64,000 nucleotides of DNA, from assembly GCA_951406725.2 (NCBI GenBank), contig OX597827.1, forward strand, positions 60,946,001 to 61,010,000. The letters are read 5' to 3'. Made by a program: the position numbers and the translations under genes. Below are positions 47,951 to 61,300 of the stretch, one piece after another; positions within the stretch are counted from its first letter, which is position 1; each line of letters opens with the position of its first letter. The DNA comes from Octopus vulgaris (Eukaryota). Below the pieces are notes generated by a model, which was not told where the DNA came from, did no database searches, and was given only the letters and a program-made list of their open reading frames with translations.

Positions 47951-49244
47951 CAAAAAATAATAATAAAAGAAAATGCCGCCTAAGATAACATTGCCTTTCA
48001 TCCTTTCGGAGTTTGATAAAATAAAGTACCAGTTGGGCACGGCGGTCATTCTGATGCACTATGCCCCCACTCCTCGAAACCGCTGGCCATATGCCAAGTT
48101 TGCTTCGCATGCACATGGTTCCAGGTTCAGTCTAACTGTGACAGCTCGGAAAAGTGTCTTCTATAGCCTCGTGCTGACCAAAGCTGATGAGAGGATTTGG
48201 CAAACGGAAACTGAAAGCCCGCCGTGTGTATGTGTGTGTTGGCGCGTCTTCGTGTCTATGTTTGTTCCACACCGTTGCCTGACAACCGTTGTTGTGTTTA
48301 TGTTCCCCATAAGCTAGCGGTTCGGCAAAAGAAACCGATAGGATAAGTACCTGGCTTAAAAAAAAAAGTACTCCTTCGATTAAAGACTCCTCAAAGCGGT
48401 GCCCCAGCAAGGCCGCAGTCTGACAATTGAAACATAAGATAAAAGGTATCATTGACTTTATGTCTAAAAAATTAGAAATACATTCAAAATTTGCTCTTAT
48501 TTCTATGACAAAGAAGAGTCGTACAGCTTAAGAAGACAAATAGTCAAGGTTAATAAAACCTTCGAGAGAAATGTCCTGACAATATTTACACACTGTTAAC
48601 TTGTTGGTTTGTGCTTCACATATTATATTTGAACGTGCCTCTGACTATAGTAACAGATAATCAGCCGATGTTCTTAAATGCGACTATCTATTATTATATT
48701 TCATACATACAATTACAAAATGGACGTCACATTCGTTACACACCGATAATAGTATTTCTATATCTAGCTTAGCTTAAACGCAGTTCAACTTGATAAAAGG
48801 TAAGTGGTTGGTTAGTTGACTTGCTATAAACTCTACACATCGTCTTAAAAATTGGAAAGGACACATATATATTATAGGTTAATATCTAGATCCGCACCCG
48901 GTGGGAAAAATGGAAACGAATATGTGTAACAGGTGTAAGGCATCGTATATTAAAGGATATTAACCTATATATATATATATATATATAAATATAGGTGTGT
49001 GTGTGTGTATGTATATTGTTTCATTTGTTTCAGTCATTTGACTGCGGCCATGCTGGAGCACCGCCTTAAAGGGCTTTAGCCGAACAAATCGACCCCAGGA
49101 CTTATTCTTTGTAAGCCTAACACTTATTCTATCGATCGCTTTTCCGAACCGCTAAGTTACTGAGGCATAAACAGACCAGCATCGGTTGTCAAACGATGGC
49201 GGGGGGAGGCACGTGTGTGTATATACACACACGCACACACACAC

Positions 49245-50270
49245 TGGCCATGCTGGAGCACCACCTTTAGTCGAGCAAATCGACCCCAGGACTTATTCTT
49301 TGTAAGCCTAGTACTTACTCTATCAGTCTCTTTTGCCGAACCGCTAAGTTACGGGGACGCAAACATACCACCATCGGTTGTCAAGCGATGTTGTGGGGAC
49401 ACAAACACACAAACATATACACACATACATACATACATACATACATATATACGACGGGTTTCTTTCAGTTTCCGTCTACCAAATCCACTCACAATGTTCT
49501 GGTCAGCCCGAGGCTATAGTAGAAGACACTTGCCCAAGGTGCTACGCAGTGGGACAGAACCCGGAACAATGTGGTTGGGAAGCAAGCTTCGAACCACACA
49601 GCCACGCCTGCGCAATGTCCACTTTTCCATGCTCGCATGGGTTGGATGGAATCTGATGAGGCGAATTTTCTACGGTCGGACGCCTTTCCTGTCGCCAATC
49701 CTCACAAGTTTCCAGTTAAGGTAATATTTCGTATAAAAATACTGGGAACGAAGAACACTCCTTGCATAACAGTAACACTCGTTTACATTTGTCTTGTGAT
49801 ACTAAGTCAAGGAGACAGTAACACACACCGCTTACGTCTACGAAATCCACTCACAAGGTTATAAAAGAAGACACTTGCCGAAGGTACCACGACGTGGGAT
49901 GGGTGTATATGTATGTATGCTCTTTTACTTGTTTTAGTCATTTGACTGCGGCCATGCTGGAGCACCGCCTCTAGTCGAGCAAATCGACCCCAGGACTGAT
50001 TCTTTGTAAGCCTAGTACTTATTCTATCGGTGTCTTTTGCCGAACCGATAAGTTGCGGGGACGTAAACACACCAGCATCGGTTGTCAAGCGATGTTGGGG
50101 GGGGGGGGACAAACACAGATACACAAACACACATATATATATACGACGGGCTTCTTTCAGTTTCCGTCTACCAAATCCACTCACAAGGCTTTGGTCGGCC
50201 CGATGCTATAGTAGCAGACACTTGCCCAGTGCCACGCAGTGGGACTGAACTCGGAACCATGTGGTTGGTA
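49245..50270 (-). mobile_element. Two SINE family A copies (49245-49612, 49921-50270) plus fragments
   Basis: Reverse-complement matches to family A. Confidence 0.88.
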
Positions 50271-50413
50271 CGCAACACACAGTAATACCTCACTTTAAGA
50301 GGACCCACCTTACAAGACCCCGAGTTTGCGAGTTTTATTATAAACTTTTCAAGCAAAAGATCGAAATTTTGAACGAAGTGCAAAAGTTTCTACTGCCATA
50401 ACAAATAGACGGA

Positions 50414-50486
50414 GGTAAAGGATACGCACACCACCCGTTTTCGGCGTAACCCTAACCCTAAACACCGGGTGTGCGTATTCTTTACC
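50414..50486. mobile_element. 73-bp MITE with GGTAA...TTACC TIRs and internal (CCCTAA)2
   Basis: ggtaaaggatacgcacacc / ggtgtgcgtattctttacc; no clear TSD. Confidence 0.6.
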
Positions 50487-50559
50487 ATCACCAACAAATG
50501 CTTCTGCGTTTTACCGAGAAATTTATAGAGCGCGAAAAAAGGCTTCTAAGTGAACAAGA

Positions 50560-50949
50560 GGTTAGCCATGATAAGATGGCTTCTATACTTTACATTATCG
50601 AGCGATTACTGTTTCAATCTCATTCTGAGATTTAATTATGCTTACTGTTCGTTTTTCGACATCAGTGGCAGATGCCATTAGAAAAACATATCTATTTGCA
50701 AAGGAGCCTTCTCTTTCATCGCTACCTGGTGGTTACCGCCCGTTGACGAGGGACAAAAATCCCGAAACTAGTTCGATTGTATCACTCAGGCTTGCGAGGA
50801 AGGGATGGCCTCCCTTTGCAAATACTCCAAGGACACAGATATTGTGTCTAAAGCCAGCTAGAGACGAAGATCTCTTGGGGCTATAAAGCTACAGTAACAC
50901 CCCCTCCCCAATGTGGTTAGCCATGATAAGATGGCTTCTATACTTTACA
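50560..50949 (+). mobile_element. 355-nt hammerhead retrozyme/pLTR-like monomer with 35-bp terminal direct repeat
   Basis: ggttagccatgataagatggcttctatactttaca at 50560-50594 and 50915-50949; 3' part aligns with 22739-22795. Confidence 0.75.
50741..50775 (+). ncRNA. Minimal type I hammerhead motif (U3/G8, weak proximal stem I)
   Basis: cg-TTGACGA-GGGA caaaaa TCCC-GAAAC-TA-GTT-cg. Confidence 0.6.
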
Positions 50950-51149
50950 ATTCTAGGCTTGTTTTTTAAAAAAGAAATGCACAGGTGATGGTGCGCGCGA
51001 GATTAATGCGAGTGAAAGGGATTCCAAAAACTATTATAAAAATATTTTTTATTATAAATGATCTTGACATTCTTTTTACTTTACATAAATTATTCTTGAT
51101 TCTACAATTGTTTTATTGGAATTTATTTACGAGGATTATAAATGTAATA

Positions 51150-51344
51150 CTCTTTTACTTGTTTCAGTCATTTGACTGCGGCCATGTTGGAGCACCATCT
51201 TTTACTCGAACAATTCGACCCCGGGACTTATTCTTTGTAAGCCTAGTACTTATTCTATCGGTCTCTTTTGCCGAACGGCTAGGTGACGGAGACATAAACA
51301 CACCAGCATCGGTTGTCAAGCGATGTTGGCGGGGACAAACACAG

Positions 51345-51386
<42 letters not shown>

Positions 51387-51855
51387 TAATAAATAAAATA
51401 AAACATATGCATATATATAAACATATATGTACGTACCTACCTCTACATGTACACGCATATATGAGTACAGGACACCAAAAGGACGTCGAACACAATGAGA
51501 AACGAAAACATAGACATAAACCAAAGGAACTGGACATTTTTTTTTTTAAACAACGAAAAAATAGAGTACAGGACAATTAACACAAAGAAAAAAAACCCTT
51601 CTTCAGTCGCTATGGTTTCATCTACTCTACGTTTCGAAGGATAAAAGCGAGACGTATCTTCGACAAGAAACTTTCCTTCCTGCGAAAAGCAAATCAATTA
51701 AAATACTGAGATCTTTTCGCAGAGGGGTAAAAAATGGTAACAAAAACAGGACAGTAACGACAGTACAAATTATAAACAGTAAAAGACAGGACAAGGAAAA
51801 ACAAGATAAGAAGGGCTGTTAACGCCGAACGAAAAAAGTATTGCGAACGCGGATT

Positions 51856-51907
<52 letters not shown>

Positions 51908-52066
51908 GACGGGCTTCTTTCAGTTTCCGTCTACCAAATCCACTCACAAGGCTTTGGTCGGCCCGAGGTTATAGAAGACACTTGCCCAAAGTGCCACGCA
52001 GAGGGACTGAACCCGGAACCATGTGGTTGGTAAGCAAGCTACTTACCACACAGCCACTCCTGCGCC
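51150..52066 (-). mobile_element. SINE family A split at its (TA)n tract by a ~470-bp insertion (~51390-51860) with HHR-like remnants
   Basis: SINE halves at 51150-51385 and 51860-52066; insert minus strand has TTGTCGA...GAAACGTA and CTGAAGA. Confidence 0.7.
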
Positions 52067-52764
52067 TGAAGTTATGGGTAAAATATGTTCCTGGGAACGA
52101 ATTCCGATTTATAACATTGCTACTATGGGAAATTATAGCTCTGCTTTACGAGTGGTCTCCGGGAACAAATTAACTCGTACATCGCGGCATTGCACACACG
52201 CACACGCAAAGGGAATGGCAATTTGTATATATAGTCTTTGATGTACTATGTCTGGCGAGAAAAAAAAAAAAACAGAAATCAAGGTCACAACGTTTCTGAT
52301 CACAGGCCTCTGTTCAGTCAAGGTTGACCTGGGACTAAAAAACATGTACTACGTAATTATAAACTAAATCATGCATATATAATGAAAAATCGATGCTTAC
52401 AAGGAATAACATTTTACTGTAGGAACTCAGGTGGAATAAGTAAGTAAGTAAAGACTTTAACAGTTTATCTACTTCAGTTTAATGATGTTGAAATATGTAA
52501 CCAGGATTGTTGCTTGAATTCTAGAGGAAAGAACGTTGTTTTGACAGTCAGACTGACTGGCTGACTATCGACAATGGACTTGTAAATAAGAAAGTCGTAG
52601 AAATGTACTTATAAACTAACTATTGATTAACATAAACATCTGTTTATTATATACAAGGGGAAGATCTTTGAAGAAAGTCTATCAAAACAAAATATTTGTT
52701 CGGTAATTTCCGTAATTGTTTTTTTTAAATATTTATTTCTGTTTATATGTATTTCTCTGTTATT

Positions 52765-53146
52765 CTCTTTTACTTGTTTCAGTCATTTGACTGCGGCCAT
52801 GCTGGAGCACCGCCTTTAGTCGAGCAAATCGACCCCCAGGACTTATTCTTTGGAAGCCTAGTACTGATTCTATCGGGCTCTTTTGCCGAACCGCTAAGTT
52901 ACGGGGACGTAAACACACCAGCATCGGTTGTCAAGCGATGTTGGGGGAGACAAACACAGATACACAAACACACATATATATACGACGGGCTTCTTTCAGT
53001 TTCCGTCTACCAAATCCACTCACAAGGCTTTGGTCGGACCGATGCTATAGTAGCAGACACTTGCCCAAAGTGCCACGCAGTGGGACTGAACCCGGAACCA
53101 TGTGGTTGGTAAGCAAGCTACTTACCACACGGCCACTCCTGCGCCT
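52765..53146 (-). mobile_element. SINE family A
   Basis: Full-length reverse-complement match. Confidence 0.9.
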
Positions 53147-53920
53147 ATGTGTATGTAGTAAACATGTATGCATGTATGACACATACATAAAAAAAATATA
53201 TATATATATATACACTTAGACACAAAAATATGCATGCATACATACATACATACAGAAACACATACAAACACAAAAAGTTCATAAACTTAGGGATACACCC
53301 GCGACAAAAAAAAATAAATAAATTTTTACGGAAATTGCTAAACAAATATACTTTCAGTTTTGATGGATTTTCTTCAAAAGATCGCCATACAAGGCTCTTC
53401 TATGTGCACCAGACCATTATGAAAAAAAATACAATTCACCACGCCTACCAAAAGGAATGAATTTTTTAAAGTTTTTTTTCCTTCGTTTATCGAAGTTTTT
53501 GATATTTTTCATTTAACAACCTCTACTTTTTTTTAGTTTAAGCTGACTACCTCTATGTATCAAAAGCAGGAAAGACCTCCACCCCATTTTCTCCGAAATT
53601 TGTTTATTTTTGTAATTTTTTTTTTTTTTTTTTTGCCAAAAATACCCGTTTTCGGATACGGAGGTTCCGGAGAATTGCCAAAAATCGGCATTGTGAAATT
53701 CTACAAAGAAGACACTTGCCCTGGGTGCCACGCAGTGGGACTGAACCCGGAACCATATGGTTCATAAGCAAGCTACTTACCACACAGCCACTCCTACGCC
53801 TATTATTTTAATTATTTTAAACATTTTTAAAAAAAATTATCTGATCATACAGATATAGACTTGCCCAAATGCGTCAATAAATTAACATTGATATTTTTTC
53901 ACCGTTGTTAATCATCTGAA

Positions 53921-55011
53921 ATGGAACTGTCAAAGAGCGATATTCGAGCAATTTTGCTATACAACATCAAAAAAAGATGTAAAGCAGCTGAAACTGCTCG
54001 CGATATCAACGAAATGTTTGGTAAGATAATGACCAGTGAGTGGTCAGCTCGAAAATGGTTTTAACGATTTCGCAATGGAGACCTGAGCCTTGAAGATCAT
54101 GAGCGTAGTGGACGGCTGTCATCGATAACGGTCAATTAAAGACCGTCATTGAGAAAGATCCACGTGAAACCACTCGAGAACTGGCAATAGAACTTCACGT
54201 TAGCCAGAAAACTGCCTACAACCATTTGCATGCGATAGGAAAATCAAAAAACCTCGACAAATGGGTACAACACGATTTGAATGAAAATCAGAAAATGCGC
54301 AGATATGAAGTTTGCTCGTCGCTTCTTCCCCGTAACCAAACCGATTCATTTCTCGACTGTATTGTAACTTGCGATGAAAAGTGGATTCTGTACAATAACA
54401 AAACACGTTCTTCGCAGTGATTGAACCAAAATGAAGCACCGAAAACCTTCCCTAAACCTGAGCTCTTCAAAAAGGTTATGGTGACTGTTTGGTGGTATAT
54501 TGCTGAACTCATCCACTATAACTTCTTAAAACCCGGAAAAACCATTACTGCAGAAACATATTGCCATGAAATTGCTAAAATGAACGAAAAATTGCTACTC
54601 CTCCATCCCAGATTGGTCAACAGAAGAGGGCCAATCATTCTTCATGACGCCCCAAAAGTTAAGGGAACTTGGTTACGAAGTTCTTCCCCACCCAGCTTAT
54701 TCCCCAGACATTTCTCCTACCGACTACAACTTTTTCAAGCACCTTGATGAGAAGGAGTTCAAAAATCAAGGAGTTCACCTTGTGAGAGAAGGAGTTCAAA
54801 AATCAAACCGATGCTGAAAGTGCGCTCAAAGCATTCATCAGCTCCATGACTCCAGACTTTTATGTTACCGGAATAAATAAGTTTGTAACTCACTGGCAAA
54901 AATGTGTTGATTGTAATGGTACTTACTTTGATGAATAAAATTTCTGCATTGTTGAAATATATTGTGATGAATTTCATATTTCAAAACGTTGCTTACTTTT
55001 TACTCAGCCTG
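53921..55011 (+). pseudogene. Decayed mariner (DD34D) transposase with right end
   Basis: KWVQHDL, IVTCDEKWILYNN, KKVMVTVWW, GPIILHD, HPAYSPDISPTDY, WQKCVDCNGTYFDE*; frameshifts and stops; left TIR not found. Confidence 0.92.
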
Positions 55012-55559
55012 ACATATTTAAACCTAACACTGTTCAATTTATGCCCTGACCCCATTTTTTTTTTAAGACGTAGGGTATGTTTTAACGAAATTTGTCTTAC
55101 TACTTCTTGAGGGTGAGCGCTCCGTAGCTGTTACCTGGTTGGTTCACTTCACCAGCCGACACGGGTCAAGCAAGGTGTAGCTATTGCGAGTTCTATTATA
55201 ATTCTATTGACATTAATCATGGGCTGTTTGATTTATTTTTTCAGCGTACAGTTTTCATCCCACTACCAAGTACGACATCACCCTTTCCTTTCTCATTCAT
55301 AAACGCAAGAGTATTATTATAGTAGATTATCTTGGTAACCATGTGAGCTATGAAAAAAAAAATACAAAGCCCAGCATCACCATCGGATCATTCTACCCAT
55401 CTGTGTAATTTTTCGCGCAATTTCACCCAGTCATTTGACCGTGAATCCCAAGACAAAAAAGAATCGCCCATGTCAAATTATATGTACAGAAGATATTGCA
55501 TGCATGCATGCATGCATGCACACACACACATACACATATATATAATTTATATTGCATAT

Positions 55560-55578
55560 ATATGATTTATATTGCACG

Positions 55579-55627
<49 letters not shown>

Positions 55628-55912
55628 TATATTGAACATATATATATTTGTATTGCACATATATAATTTATATTGGATATATATGTAATTTATATTGGAT
55701 ATATATGTAATTTATATTGCATATATATATGTAATTTATATTGCATATATATATGTAATTTATATTGCATATATATATGTAATTTATATTGCATATATAT
55801 ATGTAATTTATATTGCATATATATATGTAATTTATATTGCATATATATATAATTTATATTGCATATATATATAATTTATATTGCATATATATATATATAA
55901 TTTATATTGCAT
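55560..55912. repeat. AT-rich ~22-26-bp minisatellite
   Basis: (tatatgtaatttatattgcata)n with variable TA count. Confidence 0.9.
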
Positions 55913-56702
55913 ACACACACACATACAAGTGAGTGGACAAACAAAAGAAAGTAGCTCAAAATATTTGGTTGGAATTACATGACCTAACCACGTCAGGCAT
56001 GTTCTCTAGATCAAAATAAATTAGCATTGGGCCCCTGGTGGACTCACAAATCTAGTGTCCCGCATAGTGTCCATGCATACTACCCAGCATGCCCATGCTT
56101 TAGGACAGAACTTTTGCCAGATTTCTGTGAAAGTAGTTGTGATTATGTAGATTATGGGTTCGCAGTCTATTACTGAGAACACATACTATTTGTGTAAAGT
56201 GTTTAGCTCCACGTGGACTCCCTGCCTGTAAGCAAAGACGGTAGAATACAAGACAAACCAATTATATATAAGAGGGGATCTGGAGAAATCTGGCCGATAT
56301 TTCTAATAGGTCGTATGTATTAAAATAAAGCTGCTATGTCGTTAAGAAGCTCGATTTGTAACCATATGGTTTCGGGATCAATCCCATTGCGCTGCACTTA
56401 GGACAAGTGTATTTTACGGTAGCACAGGACCGGCAATGCCCTGAGTGAATTTGGTAGGCGGAAACTGTATGGAAGCCCACCATGTGTATATATGTGCGCG
56501 TGCACTACTCCTTGACAACCAGTATTGGCAGATCGGCAAAAAAAAAAGAAAAAAAGCCGATACATTAAAGTAACAGACTTCAAAATACTAAGTACAGGGG
56601 TTGATTTTTTTTCCGACTAAAACCCTTCAAGGCGGTGTCCAAGCATGGTTGCAGTCCAATGACTGAAACCGGAGGTGAATAAGAGAGATAAAACAAACAT
56701 AC

Positions 56703-56784
56703 TGGAGATTTTCTTCCTTGACGTTCGTGTTTGTTCCTCCTCGGCTGTGAAATAAACTCCAGAATGAAACGAAACTTGGATCAA
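56703..56784 (-). other. Candidate 82-nt internal exon (5' UTR, lncRNA or coding)
   Basis: Acceptor gtttttttttcag|TTG, donor CCA|gtatgt; unique sequence between repeats. Confidence 0.45.
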
Positions 56785-58920
56785 CTGAAAAAAAAACATT
56801 GATCTCTTGATAGTTGTTGCCGTCTCAAGTCAGTCCTGAAAGCGACGAGCTATGATCAAGGATATTTTCAGCCGTAACAATCCCACCTTTTTCTTGTGCT
56901 GGGCAATCAGGACCACATTAAACAACGTGTCCTTTTCTAAAGCAGTGGGGGAAATGGGGTACGTGTGAGGGGGGGGGCTTAAAACGATTTGACTGCTATT
57001 TCCAGCAGACAGAGCAACAACGTAGAGGCTTCCGGCGATGTTTCGAAACATCGCCAGGCAAACTTTTGATTAGATATTCTAGACGGGACCATAGGGTTAA
57101 TATTTTTTTAATTATGATCCAGATGTTCACATGTTTTGTATACTATGTATATAGTCTCCCTTTCTGGCAATAATCTTTTTATGTAAATCCTACCACCACT
57201 ACCACAAATTGTGAGCTGTCCTTGTAATATCCCCACTTTTTCTGATGCCTCTGTGGCCTAAAAAAAGAAATCATTGTTATTATGACAAGGACTGGCAAAA
57301 TCCTTGGAACGTCAGCAAAAGTGCCTTACGGTACTTCTTCAGGATCTTAACGTTCTGAGTTCAAATCCCGATAAGGGTCAACTTTGCTTTTCCTCTTCGT
57401 TAGTCGATAAAATAAAGTACCAGTCTAGTACTGGGGTAGATATAATCCACTCACCCCTTCCTTTAAAACTGCTGGCCTTGGGCCAAAATTGTTATTATTA
57501 TCACCACCATCATCATAGGTGGCAAAGCAGACAGTCGCTAGCACGCCAAACGAAATAGCAGCATTCCATCGGTCTTTACGTTCTGCGTTCAAATTCCTCC
57601 GAGGACAACTTCGCTTTTTTTATCCTTTCGGGCTAGAGAAAATAAGTAACACATGAACACCGGGGCCGATTTAATCAACTTATCTCCCCCCCCCCCCCAT
57701 CAAAATTGCTGGCTTTATGCCAATTTGTGAAACTATCGTCATCAGACAGTCTCTCTTGACTACAATAAGCAACATGTCCGTTTGTGAAACAGAGCGTGTA
57801 ATAGGAGGACGATTTGGCTGTCATTTCTAGCAAATGCAGTGACCCCGTAGAGGTTCCCTTGTTGAAGCGCCCAAGCGTACAAGGGAACCGAAATGGCGGT
57901 GACGCCTTAAGTTTTGCCTGTAAAATATCTTGAAGTATAGAGTTTGTTGACTGGAAAATATTTTCTATATAAATAATATGCAATCGAATGGGTTGGGAAA
58001 AAAAAAACCTTGGATGAAAATTATTGTTATTTTTTCTTCAACAAATGTACTTTTAGGGACTAAAAAAAAACCCATTTTCTTTCTCCACCTTATAAATATA
58101 AAAGAACTGCTTTTGTATCTTCTAGATTTTATTGACAAACTTTATCGGATTAGCTGAAAATATAGTATTACAGGAGAAAGAAAAAGATGCGTAATTCTTT
58201 ATATGATTGCGTAAAATATTTCCTTGTACTTTATTGATTTTTTTTTATTATTATTGTGTAATGTTTTGTTTTCCAACTAAAACTTGTCTATCCAGAACCA
58301 TGTTAACAGCAGTATAACTACCACCACCAACCCCAAACAAAGCAATGCATTGGGATCTATAATATTTATTTATTGATATCAAACCACAAACATAGATTAG
58401 CATAGATAGAACATAACATAGATAAGCACTAGTCCCAGCGATGCTTCAGAAAAGCTATTGTTACCCCCATGGGGAACGAAAAGGGCAAGGAATTGAATGG
58501 CTGTTTCCTTTATTTTTTTTAATATTTGTGTTTCATACAACAGCAATTACGACTGTGAAAGAAAGGAATGGTGCCCCTAAACTTTCATTTCTTTTTTAAA
58601 ATTTTTTTTATCCTTTTTACATCCTTCCCTCCCAACTTCGTTCTCTTTTCCTTTTCCACGAGGTAATGGAAAAGCCATTCCGAAACTCAGCCCTGGGCCC
58701 TTAATAAACTCGAGGCCCCCCCAGAACAACTTGTCCAAAAGTGTGCCCGTGCTTTAAACACGGTACTGAAAGGCATAGTGAAAGCGTGATTAAATTTAAG
58801 GTGGACTCGGTTTTTAGGAATTCGACATTTACTATAACAATTATACGCAACAAAACATGACCACATATACATAACCACACAACATAAGTCACAATATATT
58901 ATTAAATAAACTTTACTTAC

Positions 58921-59580
58921 CTTCAAAGATGATATACGAGGTTCCTCTGCCCTGTCTACCTATCTCTACCTGTCTATATATATCTATATATATATAGTAT
59001 CTCTCTTTAAAACTTATGCTTGTGAAGCATGTTTTATTTACCGTGTCTACCTAGATGTTGTGGATATATGTGGGTAGATATATAAATATATATACTCCAA
59101 AATTTGAGATATATATATAAAAAATCTATGTTTGTGTGCGTAGGTATAACAGTAGATGTTTATGAAGGACCGTGAGTGCAGTTCCGTTTGTTTATATTAA
59201 ATAAATATGTTTCGTGTATATGATGTTAGCAACATATAACAGTATGCGCGTGTGTGGGGGGCCTATGTGTATGCAGAGAGTGAAGTATATGTATGTATGT
59301 ATCTATCTATATATATAGAGAGAGATATATATAACAAGAATATAAACAATTTGTAGAAATTCTGATGTATGTAAATTTAGTACAAACATATACTAAAAAA
59401 CCGCTCCTTAATCCGGTCAACGAAGATGACAGTCAAGTTGGTATATATATATATATATTTATATAAGTTGTTGAAAGCAATGCAGAAAGTACTTTTTTTC
59501 TCTCTTAGATATTTCGGCAAATTGAGTATCGGTTTGTTCGAAAAAAGAAACAACACATGTATATAATAAATGTGTGTGAG

Positions 59581-59611
<31 letters not shown>

Positions 59612-59800
59612 CTATATTAAACACACATTCCGTTGGTTTGTTTAATCGTAAGTTTTGCTGCAGGGAACGAAAGAGCTGTGTGCTTGGCTGAGTGGCTTGA
59701 GACTGATTGAGGTGCTGCTTAATCTATGAAATACAGAGAGGTGGTGTGTACGAGTGTTTTTAGCTTCTGTGTCTGTGATAAAAAGCGTGCTTGGTGGAGA
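58921..59800 (-). other. Candidate first (non-coding) exon; 5' limit uncertain
   Basis: Consensus donor GAAG|gtaagt at 58921/58920; SINE-free region downstream of a CpG-rich tract. Confidence 0.35.
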
Positions 59801-59829
59801 CGGCGAAAAAAAAAACACGGATATTAACT

Positions 59830-60430
59830 GTTTATGTGGTGGAGGTGGCGGCGGCAGGGATATTTACTGTTCGTGTAGCGGTAGTGGTGGCAGCGGCGGC
59901 AGGCAGGGATATTAACTCTATTAAGGTGAGGGCGGCGGCAGCGGAGGCGGGGGCAGCGGCGATGGTTGATTCTCACTGCGATAGTCACGGTGGAGTGGCG
60001 GTTGTGATGGTGGTGGTGGTGCTAGTGAGACGGTAATACGGTAGAGGCGACGGCAATAGCGATGATGATGATGAAGAACGTAACAAAATGATGGTGATCG
60101 TGACGGAGACGACGGCGATAATGATGCCGGTAGCACAGATGATGATGGTGGTGGTGGTGGTGGTGGTGGCGGTGTTGTTGCCGGCGTCTACAATGGTGGT
60201 GATGATAGTGATGGCGACGGTGATGAGAGAGCTCACCACCATCTGACGCAACAGAATATGTTGTGACGTCACAGCTGTAGAGGTTTAAAAGACAGAGTTG
60301 AGCTTGACGATGATGATAATGACAGTGATGGTGTTGATGGTTATAGTTATAATAAAGCTGGTGACGGAACTGTTAGCATTAGTGTTGGCGGTGGTAGTGG
60401 TGACAATGGTGCTGCTGACGATGATGATGT
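59830..60430. promoter_or_regulatory. CpG-rich (GGC/GGT/GAT)n region with CRE and ATF/CEBP-like sites; probable promoter
   Basis: TGTGACGTCACA palindrome at 60262-60273; TGACGCAA at 60244-60251. Confidence 0.45.
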
Positions 60431-60869
60431 ATTCTCGTCAGCTGTACCTATTCTGTGCATGCTTCATCCTCTGTCCAGTTGCGCTTTCCTCTTTCCTTAG
60501 ACTGACCATTTTACCTAAACTGACATACAAGCAAGCCTTCAAGATGGAACTTGAAGCACAAGGCCCAACCATCTCCAGCTCCTCTTCATTACTTTCTCTA
60601 GAGGAATAACTGAATGGAATAACTGAATCGATGGAACATCAGAAAAAAAATTGCCTTGTAATATTTGTTCCAGCTCCTTACACTGAGTTCTGATGACACT
60701 GAGATCAATTTTACTTTTCATTCCTCCAGAGTGGGGGAAGAGATCGATAAAATAAAGTCCCAGTCAAGTACTGGGGTTGATATAACTGACCAACCATCTT
60801 CCCCTAAAATTGCTGGTCTTCTTCTTGTCTTGTAACGGCATTCACCCATGAGGAGTTAAGCCAGCTTCC

Positions 60870-61300
60870 TATTGAGTTCACTGCATCATGGGTTAAGGCA
60901 GTTCATGCACATCATCTGGTAACTGATTCTGCAACATGTTGAAGCCATTTTCGGTTCCATTGACAAATGCCAAAGACTCAAGGGCCATAAACGAGCTCCA
61001 TATCTGCCCAACCTTTGACCTCATCATGGTGGGAAAGTTAAACGAGTGAGTGTCAAAGCCATGCTGCCAGGAACTTTGAGTCGCCGGTAGGGCCACCCAA
61101 GGCGGACAGGTCTGACACCGGTGATGCTAGGGCTGCAACCTCACTAACTGAAGGGTAATGGTGAATTCCAGGTGGCATCTGTTCTGGAAACCAGCAGCTT
61201 CCTGGTGGTGTTGGATCACATCTTCAGACATCCTGCAGTGAGAAGGTGTACCACAGAAGCCTGGTGTCATGTATGATGGCCTACAAATACAGACAGGAAC
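60870..61300 (-). mobile_element. RTE LINE C-terminal remnant
   Basis: Frameshifted pieces resemble GP.VFG.RQWNRKWLQHVAE...HDAVNSIG; (aag)n-like tail near 60820. Confidence 0.5.

Noticed and set aside
47181-48116. 311-aa ORF, the longest in the window
   Set aside because: Antisense translation of a tandemly amplified SINE segment
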